DNA from: Corallochytrium limacisporum Hawaii
Taxonomy: Eukaryota > Protista > Pluriformea
DNA length: 64,000 bases
Assembly: GCA_002811645.1 (NCBI GenBank)
Contig: PDIP01000043.1
Coordinates: 160,934-224,933 of the forward strand
Direction of reading: 5' to 3'
How positions within the stretch are numbered: position 1 is the stretch's first letter; every line of letters starts with the position of its first letter. The position numbers were made by a program, and so were the translations under genes. The notes under the pieces are model-generated. The model did no database searches and had not been told where the DNA came from. It saw only the letters and a list, made by a program, of their open reading frames with translations. This document shows, piece after piece, positions 23,715 through 35,723 of the stretch.

Positions 23715-24764
23715 ATGACACAGTTGACAGACAAATACAACTGGGCGGAGCCCGGACTATGTAAGTTTGCAGTTCCTGATAAGAGACCACTGACGACGTG
23801 TGCAATTGACTCTGGAACGAATCGGATAGCCTTTGCTTCAGAGAACTGCAATCTGTACCTTTCACCTGTGGAGAAGGACTCCCCGACATGTATTCCGGTA
23901 AAATGTGAGACCATCAATAGCATTACATTCCATAAAAAATGGGCGAACATGGTTTTCCTCGCCACGGATGAGGGCGTCGTAGTCCTAGATGATCGCAGCA
24001 ACGAGGTTGCCTTTAAGTTTACGGACAACAGGGAAGAAGTCAATGAGGTCACAATTCACTGGAAAGGGATGTACATGGCAGCTCCTGATGACGCCGGTGA
24101 GATTTGTGTCTATGACCTCGATTCGCGTAAGCAATTTAAACGCCTAAGTCGAGGCCATAGTAATATCGTTAGCAGTGCATGCTTCCGACCAAGGAAGCCC
24201 TATGATCTCATCACCGGCGGTATGGACCAGCAAGTGATTCTCTGGGACATTAGTCGCGGGCGACACACTGCCAGGGAGCAGTTTACAGCGGAGGCCACAG
24301 ACGGTGGTTTACTGAATCCGCCGATGATCCACTGTGTAGATGTGAACCCTTCAGGAACATATGCTCTAGCAGCAGCTGAAGACGGAGAAATCAAGGTTCT
24401 TGGGCTTCCAAGTGGTAAGAAGTCGCGATACTTTGCAACGGCCAGCGTAAACGCACATTTGCGAGGAGCGACGCAGGTCCGCTTTGGGGTCAGTAGTAAT
24501 GAGGGTGATGCTGCAGAGCATCTTGTATTCTCTACAGGAAATGACATGCGTTTGAAAGCATGGTACATGAACGAAGATGAGAGTAAGGATAGTGGTGGTG
24601 ACGAAGACTATCAAATCTCCTGGGACGCCAATTGTGTAGCCAATGTGGTGTTAGGAGAGAAACCTAATGCTCTACAGGTACATAGCATGTCCAACGGCCT
24701 GCTCACCGTCATGGCACTCTCTGATGGACCGCTGGAGCTGCGGAAATTCTCTGCTGTGAGCTAA
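23715..24764 (+). CDS. WDR53: WD40-repeat protein, WDR53-like
   Basis: NREEVNEV, AAPDDAGEICVYDL, GHSNIVSSACFRPRKPYDLITGGMDQQVILWD and LLNPPMIHC are characteristic of WDR53. Confidence 0.8.
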   Translation: MTQLTDKYNWAEPGLCKFAVPDKRPLTTCAIDSGTNRIAFASENCNLYLSPVEKDSPTCIPVKCETINSITFHKKWANMVFLATDEGVVVLDDRSNEVAFKFTDNREEVNEVTIHWKGMYMAAPDDAGEICVYDLDSRKQFKRLSRGHSNIVSSACFRPRKPYDLITGGMDQQVILWDISRGRHTAREQFTAEATDGGLLNPPMIHCVDVNPSGTYALAAAEDGEIKVLGLPSGKKSRYFATASVNAHLRGATQVRFGVSSNEGDAAEHLVFSTGNDMRLKAWYMNEDESKDSGGDEDYQISWDANCVANVVLGEKPNALQVHSMSNGLLTVMALSDGPLELRKFSAVS

Positions 24765-25649
24765 ACGGACACTTGTTGTCACCACCACCACTGTCGATGG
24801 TCCAGCAGGATTCTCGCTTGCTTCGACCACGACATTCCTATTGTCAATTCATTAAACGAGGTTTCCATTTAAGATCAGGAAGAGGTTCACTCTGGTCCCT
24901 CTCCCTTTGACCCCTCTCTCCCGTACTTTATGTACCCACCACTCACTCGAAATCTAAAGTTTCTCTCTCCGTGCCAATAGTCCCTAAACCATACTGTTGC
25001 CGCATAAGTGTAAACAATCGCAGTACATTCGGTACCTTCAGCATTTTCAGCAAACACAGTATTCGAACACAGCAGCGAGAGCCAGCTCCGATAACGGTGT
25101 TGAGGGTTTTGGAGGTAAGTGTGGTCCGCAATCTCCTTACTCTCCCGTTTTGCGGACCCCCCAACAACTCTCCTGGAACGCACACACTCACACCCGTACC
25201 TCGTGGGTGCGCTTCCCAGCCCAACAAAAAAATGACCGAGGCTCTATGGTGTGTTCCGCAGCGGACTACCAGTGCCACACCAACCAAAACCCGACCCCCC
25301 CCCTTCCCCTGCAGTACAGCCTCCAGGCTAAGAGCCCAAGGCCTTGTTCTCTACGTGTGGTCCACGGGCAGTGTGCCTTGGATGTGTTATGCCTCCCACA
25401 TTGACCGTTCTCCCACCGTCAACGACTTCTTGTCTCCTATTATTTTCCCGCTAGGCTCCTTTGTCCCTCATCCCCATAAGCATGTGAAACCAGTGTCGTA
25501 CCATTGTACTCTATGGGTCGCAAGAATCTTCTGCATGGGGCCACCAAACCACTCTTGGTATGAAAAGGAACAATAGTGGTAATGGTAGACGCTATGCCGA
25601 TTTATTTACGGTTCCACGTTTATGTAAGAATCCCAAAAATCTAGCAAAC

Positions 25650-26159
25650 ATGATTATCTACAAGGATGTCTTCTCCGGAGACGAGCTGTTCTCGGACTCC
25701 TACCCCAATGAGCTCGAGGATGACATGATCTACAAGGTCACCGGTCGCAATATCTCCGTTAAGGGTGGTATCGATGAGTCTCTTATTGGTGGCAACGCCT
25801 CTGCCGAGGGTGGTGATGAGGGCGCCGAGGACGGCACGGAGACCGGCATCGATATTGTCATGGCTTTCCGTCTGCAGAGCACTCAGTTTGACAAGAAGAG
25901 CTACATGGTCTACATCAAGGACTTCATGAAGCGCGTCAAGACTCGCCTTGAGGAGTCCAACCCCGAGCGCGCCAAGATTTTCCAGGAGAAGGCACCCAAT
26001 GTTGTGAAGAAGATCCTCGGTGACTTCAAGAACTTCGACTTCTACATTGGCGAGACCATGGATCCCGATGCCTCGGTTGTCCTGATGAACTACAAGGAGG
26101 ATGGCATGACGCCCTACTTCATTTTCTTCAAGGATGCCCTCGTCGAGGAGAAGGTCTAG
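25650..26159 (+). CDS. TPT1: Translationally controlled tumour protein (TCTP)
   Basis: MIIYKDVFSGDELFSDSY, IGGNASAE, FYIGETMDPD, FFKDAL.EEK. Strong C/G-ending codon bias suggests high expression. Confidence 0.97.
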   Translation: MIIYKDVFSGDELFSDSYPNELEDDMIYKVTGRNISVKGGIDESLIGGNASAEGGDEGAEDGTETGIDIVMAFRLQSTQFDKKSYMVYIKDFMKRVKTRLEESNPERAKIFQEKAPNVVKKILGDFKNFDFYIGETMDPDASVVLMNYKEDGMTPYFIFFKDALVEEKV

Positions 26160-26508
26160 ATCGCATCAGGAGCTCATAACCCCTTTACTTTCACCTCATT
26201 CATTTGCATTGTACTCTCTTCCAAGCTTCTCAACGCAAATCCGAACCATTGGTCTACAGTGTCTTCATTGTTTATTTTTGTAGTCTGTGTTTGCAGTGTT
26301 TCAGTTTTCCGTTCTTTGAGTTTGCGTTTGTTCTCCAGATAGCTGCTATGATGGGGATCCACACATACATGAATTAAAGATAGGGGATCAAGAAAATAAT
26401 TTGAAGGGATTGAATTCGGACTTTTAATGTTACAGGATCAAAGCAGGAAGTGGCGTTTTGATTCCACTGGGAAGTAGTGCATGTATTTGCTCGCTTCGGA
26501 TTCTGTGA

Positions 26509-27603
26509 TTATTGGTCTGCCTTGTTGTCCTCGTTCTCCGTGCTGTGGTCTGGACCTAATTCGTCAGCTTCAGAGACACCGGGAGTTTGGTCGTTCTCAG
26601 CAGTCGTTCCAGGCGCTGTTGGACAATCAGGCAACGTCCTGACTAGGAGAGCGTGCGCCGTTGCAATGTACTGACGCTGAGTTTTGATAATGTTTTCACG
26701 TATGATTTGCTTCTCGACCTCTGGGAATAGGAAATTGTTTACAAGGGCTGCAACTTGTGTCTCTGCACTAAGTCGTCCACTGGTCTCTACTTCTTTGACG
26801 AGTTCATTGAGCCTATTGGCCTCCCCGCGTGCAAATCCGCGCGCTTGGTAGTCGGCAATGCTGTTGACACTTTCCATCAGGACTGCCTCGAGGTATGAAT
26901 CCACTGTCAAACGGTTAGACAGCACCATTTCCATGAATGCCTGGTCGTCCTGCTGGCGGCGAGCCTCTTCGGCCTTTCGCCGTCCGGCTTCAGCAGCTTC
27001 CCTCTGGCGGCGATCGCGCTCCGCTATTTTGAGCATGGCAGCAATGCGGTGCTCTTCACGCAAGTGTACCAGCTCCTTGGACAAATAGTCGAGTGTGGAC
27101 GCAATGAGGTGACCACAGGGAGCATCAACCTTGGAACTAAGCATTTTTATTCGTTGAACTTTTGTTTTTCTTTCCTGCTGGCGTATCTGCGCAGTAGTCT
27201 TCAGCTCACGTTCCTGATCGTAATCCAACGGACGCACAGCACGAGTGCTGCGCATCTCGTCGATGAGCTCACGGCGGCGTTCCATGCCTTCGAACATTGG
27301 TTGTTGCGCAGCCCGACCGCGGAGGGTTGCCTGCAGGTAAGTTGCGGCGTCGTGGACGGCCTGGGCCTCTTCCGCTTCGTCATCTAGTGTTGGAGTTGCT
27401 GGTCTTTCGGGGACCTCTTCAACCTTGGCCATGTATTGTCTCGTGGCAGACCTTGTCATTACGGTACCGTCCTCCTCGCACGCCTCGCAGCGTAGGGACT
27501 GCTTGTGTGTGGCCTTGGCCAGCATATCGTCCAGTTCCCTGATGAGGCGTACGGCCCGGCGACCAACCAAGCGGGTCTTAGCATTGGCCGGTGGATATCT
27601 CCG
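26509..27603 (-). CDS. CFAP91: CFAP91/MAATS1 C-terminal half only (5'-truncated; possible incipient pseudogene)
   Basis: RPATPTL...YLQATLRGRAAQQPMFEGMERRRELIDEMR, LDYLSKELVHLREEHRI, AERDRRQREAAEAGRR, FLFPEVEK. Frame is open from 27603, bounded by in-frame TGA at 27606-27604. First in-frame ATG is 27525, but homology (RRAVRLIREL) begins upstream of it. Confidence 0.8.
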   Translation of the reverse strand, partial: RRYPPANAKTRLVGRRAVRLIRELDDMLAKATHKQSLRCEACEEDGTVMTRSATRQYMAKVEEVPERPATPTLDDEAEEAQAVHDAATYLQATLRGRAAQQPMFEGMERRRELIDEMRSTRAVRPLDYDQERELKTTAQIRQQERKTKVQRIKMLSSKVDAPCGHLIASTLDYLSKELVHLREEHRIAAMLKIAERDRRQREAAEAGRRKAEEARRQQDDQAFMEMVLSNRLTVDSYLEAVLMESVNSIADYQARGFARGEANRLNELVKEVETSGRLSAETQVAALVNNFLFPEVEKQIIRENIIKTQRQYIATAHALLVRTLPDCPTAPGTTAENDQTPGVSEADELGPDHSTENEDNKADQ

Positions 27604-27996
27604 TCAGCGACATTGAAGTAGTGGTCTGGGATACGGGGTTTTTGGACAAAGGATTGGTAAGGACAGAGATATGGATTGAATTGATTATTTGATTCATTTT
27701 GATCTGTTTTGATTTTAATACAGTATCCTTGTGCAGAGTTTTGGCGCTAGCCGTGGTGAGACGGCGCGCAGACTCAAGTTGGACAGTTCCGCAGCTGGAA
27801 AAACGATCCCGGTGGCGGCAGTTAGAGTCCATAAGCATGTTTGTAACGGTTCATGGTCAATCTAGCTTTGTATTTGTTTGCATATATTGAGCGTGCGCCA
27901 CATGGACGAGGCGGTCGAATGTAATTGTGATACTTGTGTCCCAGACGGACAAGGATGAGGAGGCTTTTGGTGTTTTCTTTATAGGAGCAATCATTC

Positions 27997-28602
27997 TCAC
28001 TTGCGGTCTCCTCCTTCTCCCATGTGTCCCTGCCAGCCAGGTGCACCAGCATATCCTCCAGCACCACCGGGGTAACCGAACTGAGGAGGATACGGGAATC
28101 CAGGTGGCGGGTACATGCCCTGTTGGTGGCCAGCAGGCACGCCTTCGCCTGAACCTTCTGGAGGCTGCTGTCCCTCCGGGTAGGAGCCACCTTCTTGATG
28201 ACCATTGCTACCAGAAGGACCACCAGCACGGTTGGCCTCAGGAGGAGTGTCCGGAGCGTTCAGGCACCCCTGGATCAAAGTCTTGCCTTCATTCTTCGTA
28301 ATGAGAGGCTGCAGCTTAGGGGTAGCAAATGTGTACACATGACCGGTCTCAGAAGCTACAATGAGCAACACCTGTGTTCCTGTAAGAGTGCTCAACTCGT
28401 AAGCCTTTTTCATGATACCACGCTTGCGCTTGGAGAAAGTAATGTGACGACGGCTCTTGTCCTCAATGAACTCAATGCTAATCTTGCGGCGTCCCGCGCG
28501 GACCACTTCAGTCTCAGAGTCGTCGTCAGATTCCTCGTCGACAGGCTTCTTGCGTCCGCCCTTCTTCTTGGGAGGAGGAGCTGGTTTCTTCTTGGGACCC
28601 AT
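27997..28602 (-). CDS. SRF: SRF/MCM1-type (type I) MADS-box transcription factor
   Basis: GRRKISIEFIEDKSRRHITFSKRKRGIMKKAYELSTLTGTQVLLIVASETGHVYTFATPKLQPLI..EGK.LIQGCLNAPD (MADS + SAM). G/P/Y/Q-rich tail. Confidence 0.96.
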   Translation of the reverse strand: MGPKKKPAPPPKKKGGRKKPVDEESDDDSETEVVRAGRRKISIEFIEDKSRRHITFSKRKRGIMKKAYELSTLTGTQVLLIVASETGHVYTFATPKLQPLITKNEGKTLIQGCLNAPDTPPEANRAGGPSGSNGHQEGGSYPEGQQPPEGSGEGVPAGHQQGMYPPPGFPYPPQFGYPGGAGGYAGAPGWQGHMGEGGDRK

Positions 28603-28639
28603 GTTGGCTTTGTTTAGTGATCTGCACTTTGAAACAAAT

Positions 28640-28697
28640 CTGGCCTTAATGAATTAGTTGTCAAGTTGAAGTTGCATGAACGTGTGGTTTCGAATAC
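28640..28697 (-). other. Predicted 5'-UTR intron of SRF
   Basis: TAG|GTATTC ... CTAAT branch-like ... CAG (58 nt), ending 37 nt before the ATG. Confidence 0.55.
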
Positions 28698-30383
28698 CTA
28701 ACCATATTGTCTTGTTTTATTCGTAATTCCAGAACAGTTCATTCCCAGACGTATTCCTACGTGGTCCTGGAATTTACCAAAAAGAATTTTTCGTTTGAAC
28801 TAAAAACACCGAACGATAAGGTAACTCCATCGTTTCCTTCCGAAACTGGTGTGCATCCATTCCTCCTCTGTATTTGCAGCCCCCTTGTGTGCTCCACAAT
28901 ACCGCAGCAAGGGCACTGTACCGCCTGCCCTTCTGTTCTCCTCTTTATTCTTCCCTTCAGCCCCCTCTTTGTCTCCGCACCACCACCACGTACCGAGAGG
29001 GACGCACCGCCACTACAATCCCCGCCTCCTGGCCTCCGCAGGTGGTGGACTCCCTATTTACTGCTAGCCGACAGCTGCTCGGAAATATAGGTTTCGTTCT
29101 TATCAGGAGAAGCAAAAACTAACCAACCACAGGTCTCGGGAGGGGGTCAGCAACACACAGCTCCCATGAAACAGAGCACAGTAGGAGCACAGCCACATCA
29201 CAGCCCACCCGCACCTTGCTCGTAGTGTGATGATGGTCGGCGGCATGTTGCACCGCTTGTAACATAAGGCCGTCGAAATAAAGTCGCGATGCTGCTGCGC
29301 TTTGACTGACCTTTCCGTCGCAGCCTCGAACATATTTTATCTGCGGTCTGGCAGTAATAGCGCGCAGACCGAGCGCTACTAACTATTCAAATCAAGAGTC
29401 CAATCTCCGTCCTCTGTTTTATGAGGCAAAATTCAAATATTTTGCCCTTTTGCGGGTGACTCTGCCGATCCAATTTTGGGAAACAAATGTTATCAGTGCT
29501 TCGAGACGCTCTAGAGCGGGAAAACATGAGAAGTCTGCACTTCATCCGTTTGACAAATTAAATATGTCGTAGGATCTGGAGTACTTTGGAGTAACCGACA
29601 TCTCCACAACTTCTGCTTCTGGTTTTGCCCTGCCCTGCCGCCATGCCAAAAGGCCCGCATGCCTTCTGGTAGTGCAGTCATATGACAAAACGGTTCAATG
29701 TCACCAATCCGGAGTGTTAATTGATGTGCAATGTGAACATTCCATCGATCTTCGGAAAAGTGTAAAGGCATGGGCGCACTCTGTGAGTCGCGTGTTCCAT
29801 TCATTCACTATGTCAATTTATGCGTCAACAACCCTACGGCACGACTGTCACGGGAGTACTCGATGTACAGCACACCTTCCTTGCGACGAGGACCTGAAAA
29901 TAGTTTATCACGACATAGTAAATATACTAAATATTTCATATATTGGATCCCTAGCATCACATTTTCGTCAGAATCATCATGTCAGTATTACCTTCGCGGC
30001 ATTCTGTGCGGAATGCTTTTTGTGTGTTCATGAAAACGTCGTGGGTTGCGAACTGATCATCATCTATTTTGGAGCGCCTGTAGCTAGTGCATACCTTTAT
30101 CTCTTGCAGCCTTGGGAATAGTATCTGCTTGGACATGGACCGAATTGCGTAAGCACTATTGGAGCGTGATGTTCTCTCATTGTCGCTGATTTGGACGACA
30201 GAGATCGAGAAAACTGTCCTGCCGTACGTTTTTTCTTGTCTTTGCTTCCAAAAACCGTCCAATAACTGTCGACGAGAAACCTTCCCCAGGCCTTCCACAA
30301 CAGTAACAATCCTCACACGCGACCTGTGGGCATCGCTTCTCTTCCCTTATATTTTTTTTTGGGGGGGGGGGGGAGAGGGGGTG

Positions 30384-30578
30384 NNNNNNNNNNNNNNNNN
30401 NNNNNNNNNNNNNNNNNNNNNNNNNNNNNNNNNNNNNNNNNNNNNNNNNNNNNNNNNNNNNNNNNNNNNNNNNNNNNNNNNNNNNNNNNNNNNNNNNNNN
30501 NNNNNNNNNNNNNNNNNNNNNNNNNNNNNNNNNNNNNNNNNNNNNNNNNNNNNNNNNNNNNNNNNNNNNNNNNNNNNN
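30384..30578. other. Assembly gap (N run) flanked by G-runs
   Basis: N run with G13 on the left and G-tracts on the right. Confidence 0.99.
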
Positions 30579-30891
30579 GGGGGAGGAGAGGGGCAGCGGG
30601 GGGAGGGGGGGGAATCTTCGTCAGCACCAGGTGCAAAGGCCTAAACTCTCACGCGACACGCCCACTATAATCCCAGGGGTATCGCCCAGGAATGTGGTAT
30701 GGAAAACCCAAGAGCGGGTTACGCTAGAAATCCCAAAATTGTCACTGAGATTTCCAGCCCAATGAGTCCGTTTCAAGACTATTCGCAGTGGTGTTATAAG
30801 TTATCGCATTGAGGTAGCTATCATGTGGAGCGGCACGCGTATGAGCGAATACGCCGGGTAGACCCCCCAAAGGTATACCCTACTTACACTC

Positions 30892-30910
30892 TGTGTGTGT
30901 GTGTGTGTGT
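30892..30910. repeat. (TG)n microsatellite
   Basis: About 9 TG units. Confidence 0.9.
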
Positions 30911-33877
30911 TGAAGTGATCTGTTCCCTTTCCCGCACCAATACCATTTGCCGAGCAATCGCTTTTTCGCTGAACTCATACACCCTACGTGATAATTGCAG
31001 CGAGCACTATCTGCACCCTACACAGTGGCTGGGCGATTGATTGGTTTCCACCCGCTATGCTTATCACTGGTTCCAAGGATTTTATTTTTGGCAAACCCAC
31101 TAGCCATTTTCGTGCAAATTGCCCTATATTGACTATCTCTGGTGGAATTGGTATCGGCCTTTGGATCTGCTTGATTTCTCCACCTGCTACTCTTCTGCAC
31201 TTTTCTGAGGGATAGCACGGGCAAGTCGGACATAAGAATACACAATGACAACGCCCATAGTCAGACGGAACCTAGTAGTACAAAACACACTGACACTCCA
31301 TCACAAAGCACGGCATCGACGCATACCGTCCGAAAAAGTGCAACGGCACACTATTCCGGGTAATTTTCTTTTTTTGGCTCCGGTTATGCACTAATTTGTC
31401 ATGGGTCACAGACTGTGTACGGTAATCCATACTAAATATATGGACTTGTAGGGAAGAAAGGGCCTGTGCCGTGTATTCCAAGCCGGCCGGGGTGGGAGAC
31501 ATTGAGTCTTCGGTGGTACCGAGAGGGGAGTCCGTCTACATTCTTGTTCGGCTGCCGGTCACTTTCTCATGAACGTCAAATTACTTTCATAACTAACCTG
31601 TTTGTAATTAAACACTGTATACTGGATGTGCTGAGTGATATGGACATGGTCCTTGCATTCTACGAGGGATTGGGGATTCCACCGGGCCGTCGTGGAATCT
31701 CGACACTTCGTCGGACGTCTGTGCAGGAATGGATTCAAGGGTGACTTGCCACTGTTGAAGTACAGTGACGTGTAGTGCGATAACTGAGCGAGAGCATGCA
31801 AGCTGCCCGAAAACGTTTTCCATGCGCTACTCTCTCAGGATGTGGATGCCATGCTCCTTTAGGGCGTGGTAGGAAGTTCTCCAATTCTCCCCCAATTCAC
31901 GCAGTTTGTCTCACACCAACCTTTTTTCGTTCGATTTTCGGCGGTGCTATTTCTGTGTCAATAGTTGCTGCCTCAATGGTCGTTGCACAGTGGTGTCGAC
32001 ATGTGTTGGACATCTCGGAGTCATAGTAGAACAATCATTGCCGACCGTTTCTAACGATGTCACTTTGGTCTATAGACGTATAAGTATTTTTTAGCCTTGC
32101 AACTCACAGTACCAAGCACGTCAGAATATTACTTGACGCAAGGATGTCTGTAGAACTCTACGAGGACCCGGCATATGCTGTTCAACATAGAACGCCTACA
32201 CTGTCCTGTGTGCCTAATTTCAAGCTGAATTCGCAAGACTGCTTGTCCAACCGAAAAAAAATAGACGAGTACAACTGAGGAAGAACATCTGCGACTTTCA
32301 TCGACCGGAAATGGACCTGCTGTCGTGTCGTTGTCTTGCTCGTTGATGTCTCGGGTTCACCAAACAAACATAAACACATTATTTATGATCACGTCCGAAG
32401 ACGGATACCAACAAGCCCACACCGAACATTTTCTTTTTCGTGAAATGGGACACAATGGCAACAAAAACAGCAGTTGACTCCTTTATATTTGGAAAGTTTT
32501 GCAGCTATCCCGTTTTGTTTTCCGCTCCCTAATTTTTTAGTAAGTGTGTCTTGGCCGTCTCACCCTCCGACGAAGGGGCGCAGGGGGAGGAGGTACGCGG
32601 CTGTTATCAGACCCAATGCTATGAAATTGGTCAAGAAGTCTATACTGAATAGCCTGCCGTTCCACAGTATGGTCTGATGTCAGGAGATTTCACTTGAGGG
32701 GGGGATCAGGCCTTAAAACAAAACACGCGCCAAAGACGATTCCAATGCTAAGATAGTTCAAGTCATACTAAATGTACTGAGCATAAAAGTGGTGTCGGTG
32801 CGCGTCTTGGGAAAAAAATTGTCAACAGGCGAGCGAACTATTAAAGACCTGGCCCTTGTCAAAATCCAACACTGCTGACACAAATTTAACTTGAAATCAG
32901 GCAATGAGCCCAGCTGAACTCTAGTACTATTTTCATGCCCCAATGCTGAAATGCAGTTTGTGGAGCAATGGTCACAGCAGGCAAACGCAAACGCAATATC
33001 TCTTCCCTCAGGCAATACGGCCCCTGAGGTAGATGGATCTATTTGATCTCCGTCGGTGTTTTCTTTTCAAAGGCCCATGGCTTTTTGGCTCTCGCTTTGG
33101 GCAGAACTGAATTAAATAATCAGACTGCCGTCTAATGTTATGGAGCGCATGGAAATGTGGGTCCCCTCCCTGACATCCGAGATTAGCCCTCGAACGACTC
33201 TGGGGCAATGGGCATAAATTTAATATGGAGCGTAGCAGATGCTCTGGAATGGGGGGAGGGAGGGGAATTCCGTGTGTAAGACCTGCGCTGAGCTAGTGCA
33301 GGACGAGACCTGGGCCGCTGGAATGCCAGCCTCCCCCCCCCCCTTCCCAAAAAAATTTGATTACTTTTTCTTCTCTTTGTTGGTGCAAAAAGTTTTTCTG
33401 ACCGATTCACTATGGTAATTGAACGGTTGCAAACAGAACTCTTCATTACAGCTGCCAAGCGGGGTAAGTGCTAGACTCGTTCCGGTAATTTTTTTCATTC
33501 CCATCTTCCTTTGCGCTGTCTCCCCACTGACCTCCTCTTCTCGGACCTCGCCGAACACCCATGTTCAGTACGGGGGTTACTGGTTCTTACTCTGCTGATC
33601 TCTTGTCGTGTTGTTGCCTTTACGACCCCAAGCAACAGCAGAGCGCCCACAGCAAGGACCGGGTCCGTTCTCCAAGGAACACACCCCACACCCACAACAT
33701 GGCCGGACTATCGATATACTTCTTCCCGGACTTCTCTGAAATGACGCAGACCCAAACGGAAGGTTGCCAGTACATAAAGTACTAGAACTTTGGCGAAGGG
33801 ATGATTACATGTTGATTTATAATCATATTATGATTGAATCAGGGACCTCTGTTCGGGGTGAAAAATCCCGGGCCACT

Positions 33878-33894
33878 CCCCCCGGGGGGGGGGG
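33878..33894. promoter_or_regulatory. C6G11 palindrome upstream of kish
   Basis: ctCCCCCCGGGGGGGGGGGag, ~200 nt upstream of the ATG. Confidence 0.5.
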
Positions 33895-34092
33895 AGACTG
33901 TTGAAATGTATGCGTTCGCAATATGGCAAACAGGAAGCGGGGCGTTTGCAGATGTGTTCGAAGCTATGGCTGGGTGCGCGGTGGTCAATACGAACCCGCA
34001 AGGTACTGCAAGAGAGCCATCGACTGCTCGTCTCATATGCCTTTATGAAGCTTACCTAGCTGAACCAGCCTTCAGTTGAGCAGACAAAAACT

Positions 34093-34308
34093 ATGTCTGC
34101 CATTTTCAACTTCCAAGCACTGTTGGCAGTGCTTTTACTGTCCATCTGCACATGCGCATACGTGCATGAGCTGCGGCCCCAACTGCTTGATTCAAATAAA
34201 ACCGGACCATTGGGAACATTTTGGAAACTGGCAAGAATTGGAGAACGTCTGAGCCCATTTGTATGTCTGTGCTGCATCGCAATGGCATTCTCGATGCTAT
34301 CTACGTAA
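34093..34308 (+). CDS. TMEM167: Protein kish (TMEM167)
   Basis: [23 protein letters not shown]...[17 protein letters not shown], a near-canonical kish sequence of 71 aa. Confidence 0.95.
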   Translation: MSAIFNFQALLAVLLLSICTCAYVHELRPQLLDSNKTGPLGTFWKLARIGERLSPFVCLCCIAMAFSMLST

Positions 34309-34843
34309 AGCACTGCGACGCGCTCTGCAGTATTGACCATAATCACCTCGGCTACTGCGTAACTATTGTCATATATCATCATCGTCATCATCATCATACT
34401 ACATACAACTACATATCTTTCATGTCAATCTGATGCTTGTATGCCTCACTCGTAACATCCTCGAATTGTTGTGCTTTTCGCAATAGTTGGGGCCACCGGG
34501 TCGATTCTCAACTAGTTTTTTAATTGCCCCTTGTTTATTTTTTAAAATTCGACCGCGTTGGGCCCAGATGGGGGAGGGGTCCACGGGTTGGAGTGACGGT
34601 CTGTACGGTTCGCTCCGCACTTGTTGATGGTCGCTGTTGCTGTAGCTCAAGAATGAATGTTAGTCATGTTCTGCATATTTCAGATCGTTTATTTTTGGAC
34701 CTGAAAAGCACAATTCTTCAAAGCGTAGGAATATGAATGGAGAAACTAAACCAAGGTAAAGGAAGTGTTATGTAGGTTGTTCGGATTCAACTTGTGTTTG
34801 TGAATATTGCGTAACCATGCCCATAGGGTGCAGCTTTACCAGT

Positions 34844-35602
34844 ATGATTCGCAGGGCCAGTAGCGCCTTCCCTGCAGTGTCTCGAAAGCCAATGCTGCCG
34901 AACGTTCGGATGTCTAAGAAGGAGAGCCATGAATACATGTGGAAGCAGACGCCTCTGGGTATGCGCTACTTGCCCAAGTGGATGATGCAAGGGACACAGC
35001 CACACAGGAGACACGACGGTATTTGGGCTGGAAAGAATGTGAAGTTTGGAGATGCTGTGGCAGCCTTTGGTCGTAATCGGTGGCGCAGGAGCTGGAAGCC
35101 TAACGTGCAGCGTGTGGCATTGTGGAGTGAAACCCTCGAAGAGCGCATTACCATCCCCGTCACAACGCACGCTCTGAAGCAAATAGACAAGTGGGGTGGG
35201 TTGGACAACTATCTTCTGCGTTCCAACCCGAACCGCAAGGAAGTCTTTGCCTTGCAGCTGCGTGATCGGATCATTGACACCCGCCAGAGCCGCCGTGAGC
35301 GTGGAGAAGCGCCTGTCCGAGTCCGCAAATATTTGCCCCCGGATCCGAAGGAACCTGTTGAACCATTCGAACCCGACTCGCTGAAGAAAACTATTGCTCG
35401 CTTCAGCGGTCTCGAGCTGAAGCAACGTCTGCGTGCTGTGGCTGATCCGGACTGGTACCTAAAGAAGGTAATCCCTGCTATCCATAAGAAGCGGACTGAC
35501 GGTAAGATTACGGAACAAGAATGGCAAGAAGAGATAGCCCTAGCCAACAAACGCTACAAATATGCGTTTGTGAATGCGCTGGCCATGGGCAATGCGGCGT
35601 AA
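34844..35602 (+). CDS. MRPL28: Mitochondrial ribosomal protein bL28m
   Basis: GIWAGKNVKFG...NRWRRSWKPNVQR.ALWSETL...VTTHALKQIDKWGGLDNYLL. Start set at 34844 because MIRRASSAF looks like a mitochondrial presequence and follows a CAG acceptor; alternative ATG at 34817. Confidence 0.88.
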   Translation: MIRRASSAFPAVSRKPMLPNVRMSKKESHEYMWKQTPLGMRYLPKWMMQGTQPHRRHDGIWAGKNVKFGDAVAAFGRNRWRRSWKPNVQRVALWSETLEERITIPVTTHALKQIDKWGGLDNYLLRSNPNRKEVFALQLRDRIIDTRQSRRERGEAPVRVRKYLPPDPKEPVEPFEPDSLKKTIARFSGLELKQRLRAVADPDWYLKKVIPAIHKKRTDGKITEQEWQEEIALANKRYKYAFVNALAMGNAA

Positions 35603-35723
35603 TTGTAGAATAGTCTTTCCATCAATATTTATATCATAATCAGACACATACATAGAATGTACCATGAAGCTTGAATGAGTAATGACTTTTGTTTCCCAAG
35701 TCGGCGTACGATTAGTGTAACAT

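Noticed and set aside
27822-28229. Alternative-frame and antisense ORFs over SRF and other CDSs
   Set aside because: Expected shadows of GC-rich codon usage, with no independent motifs.
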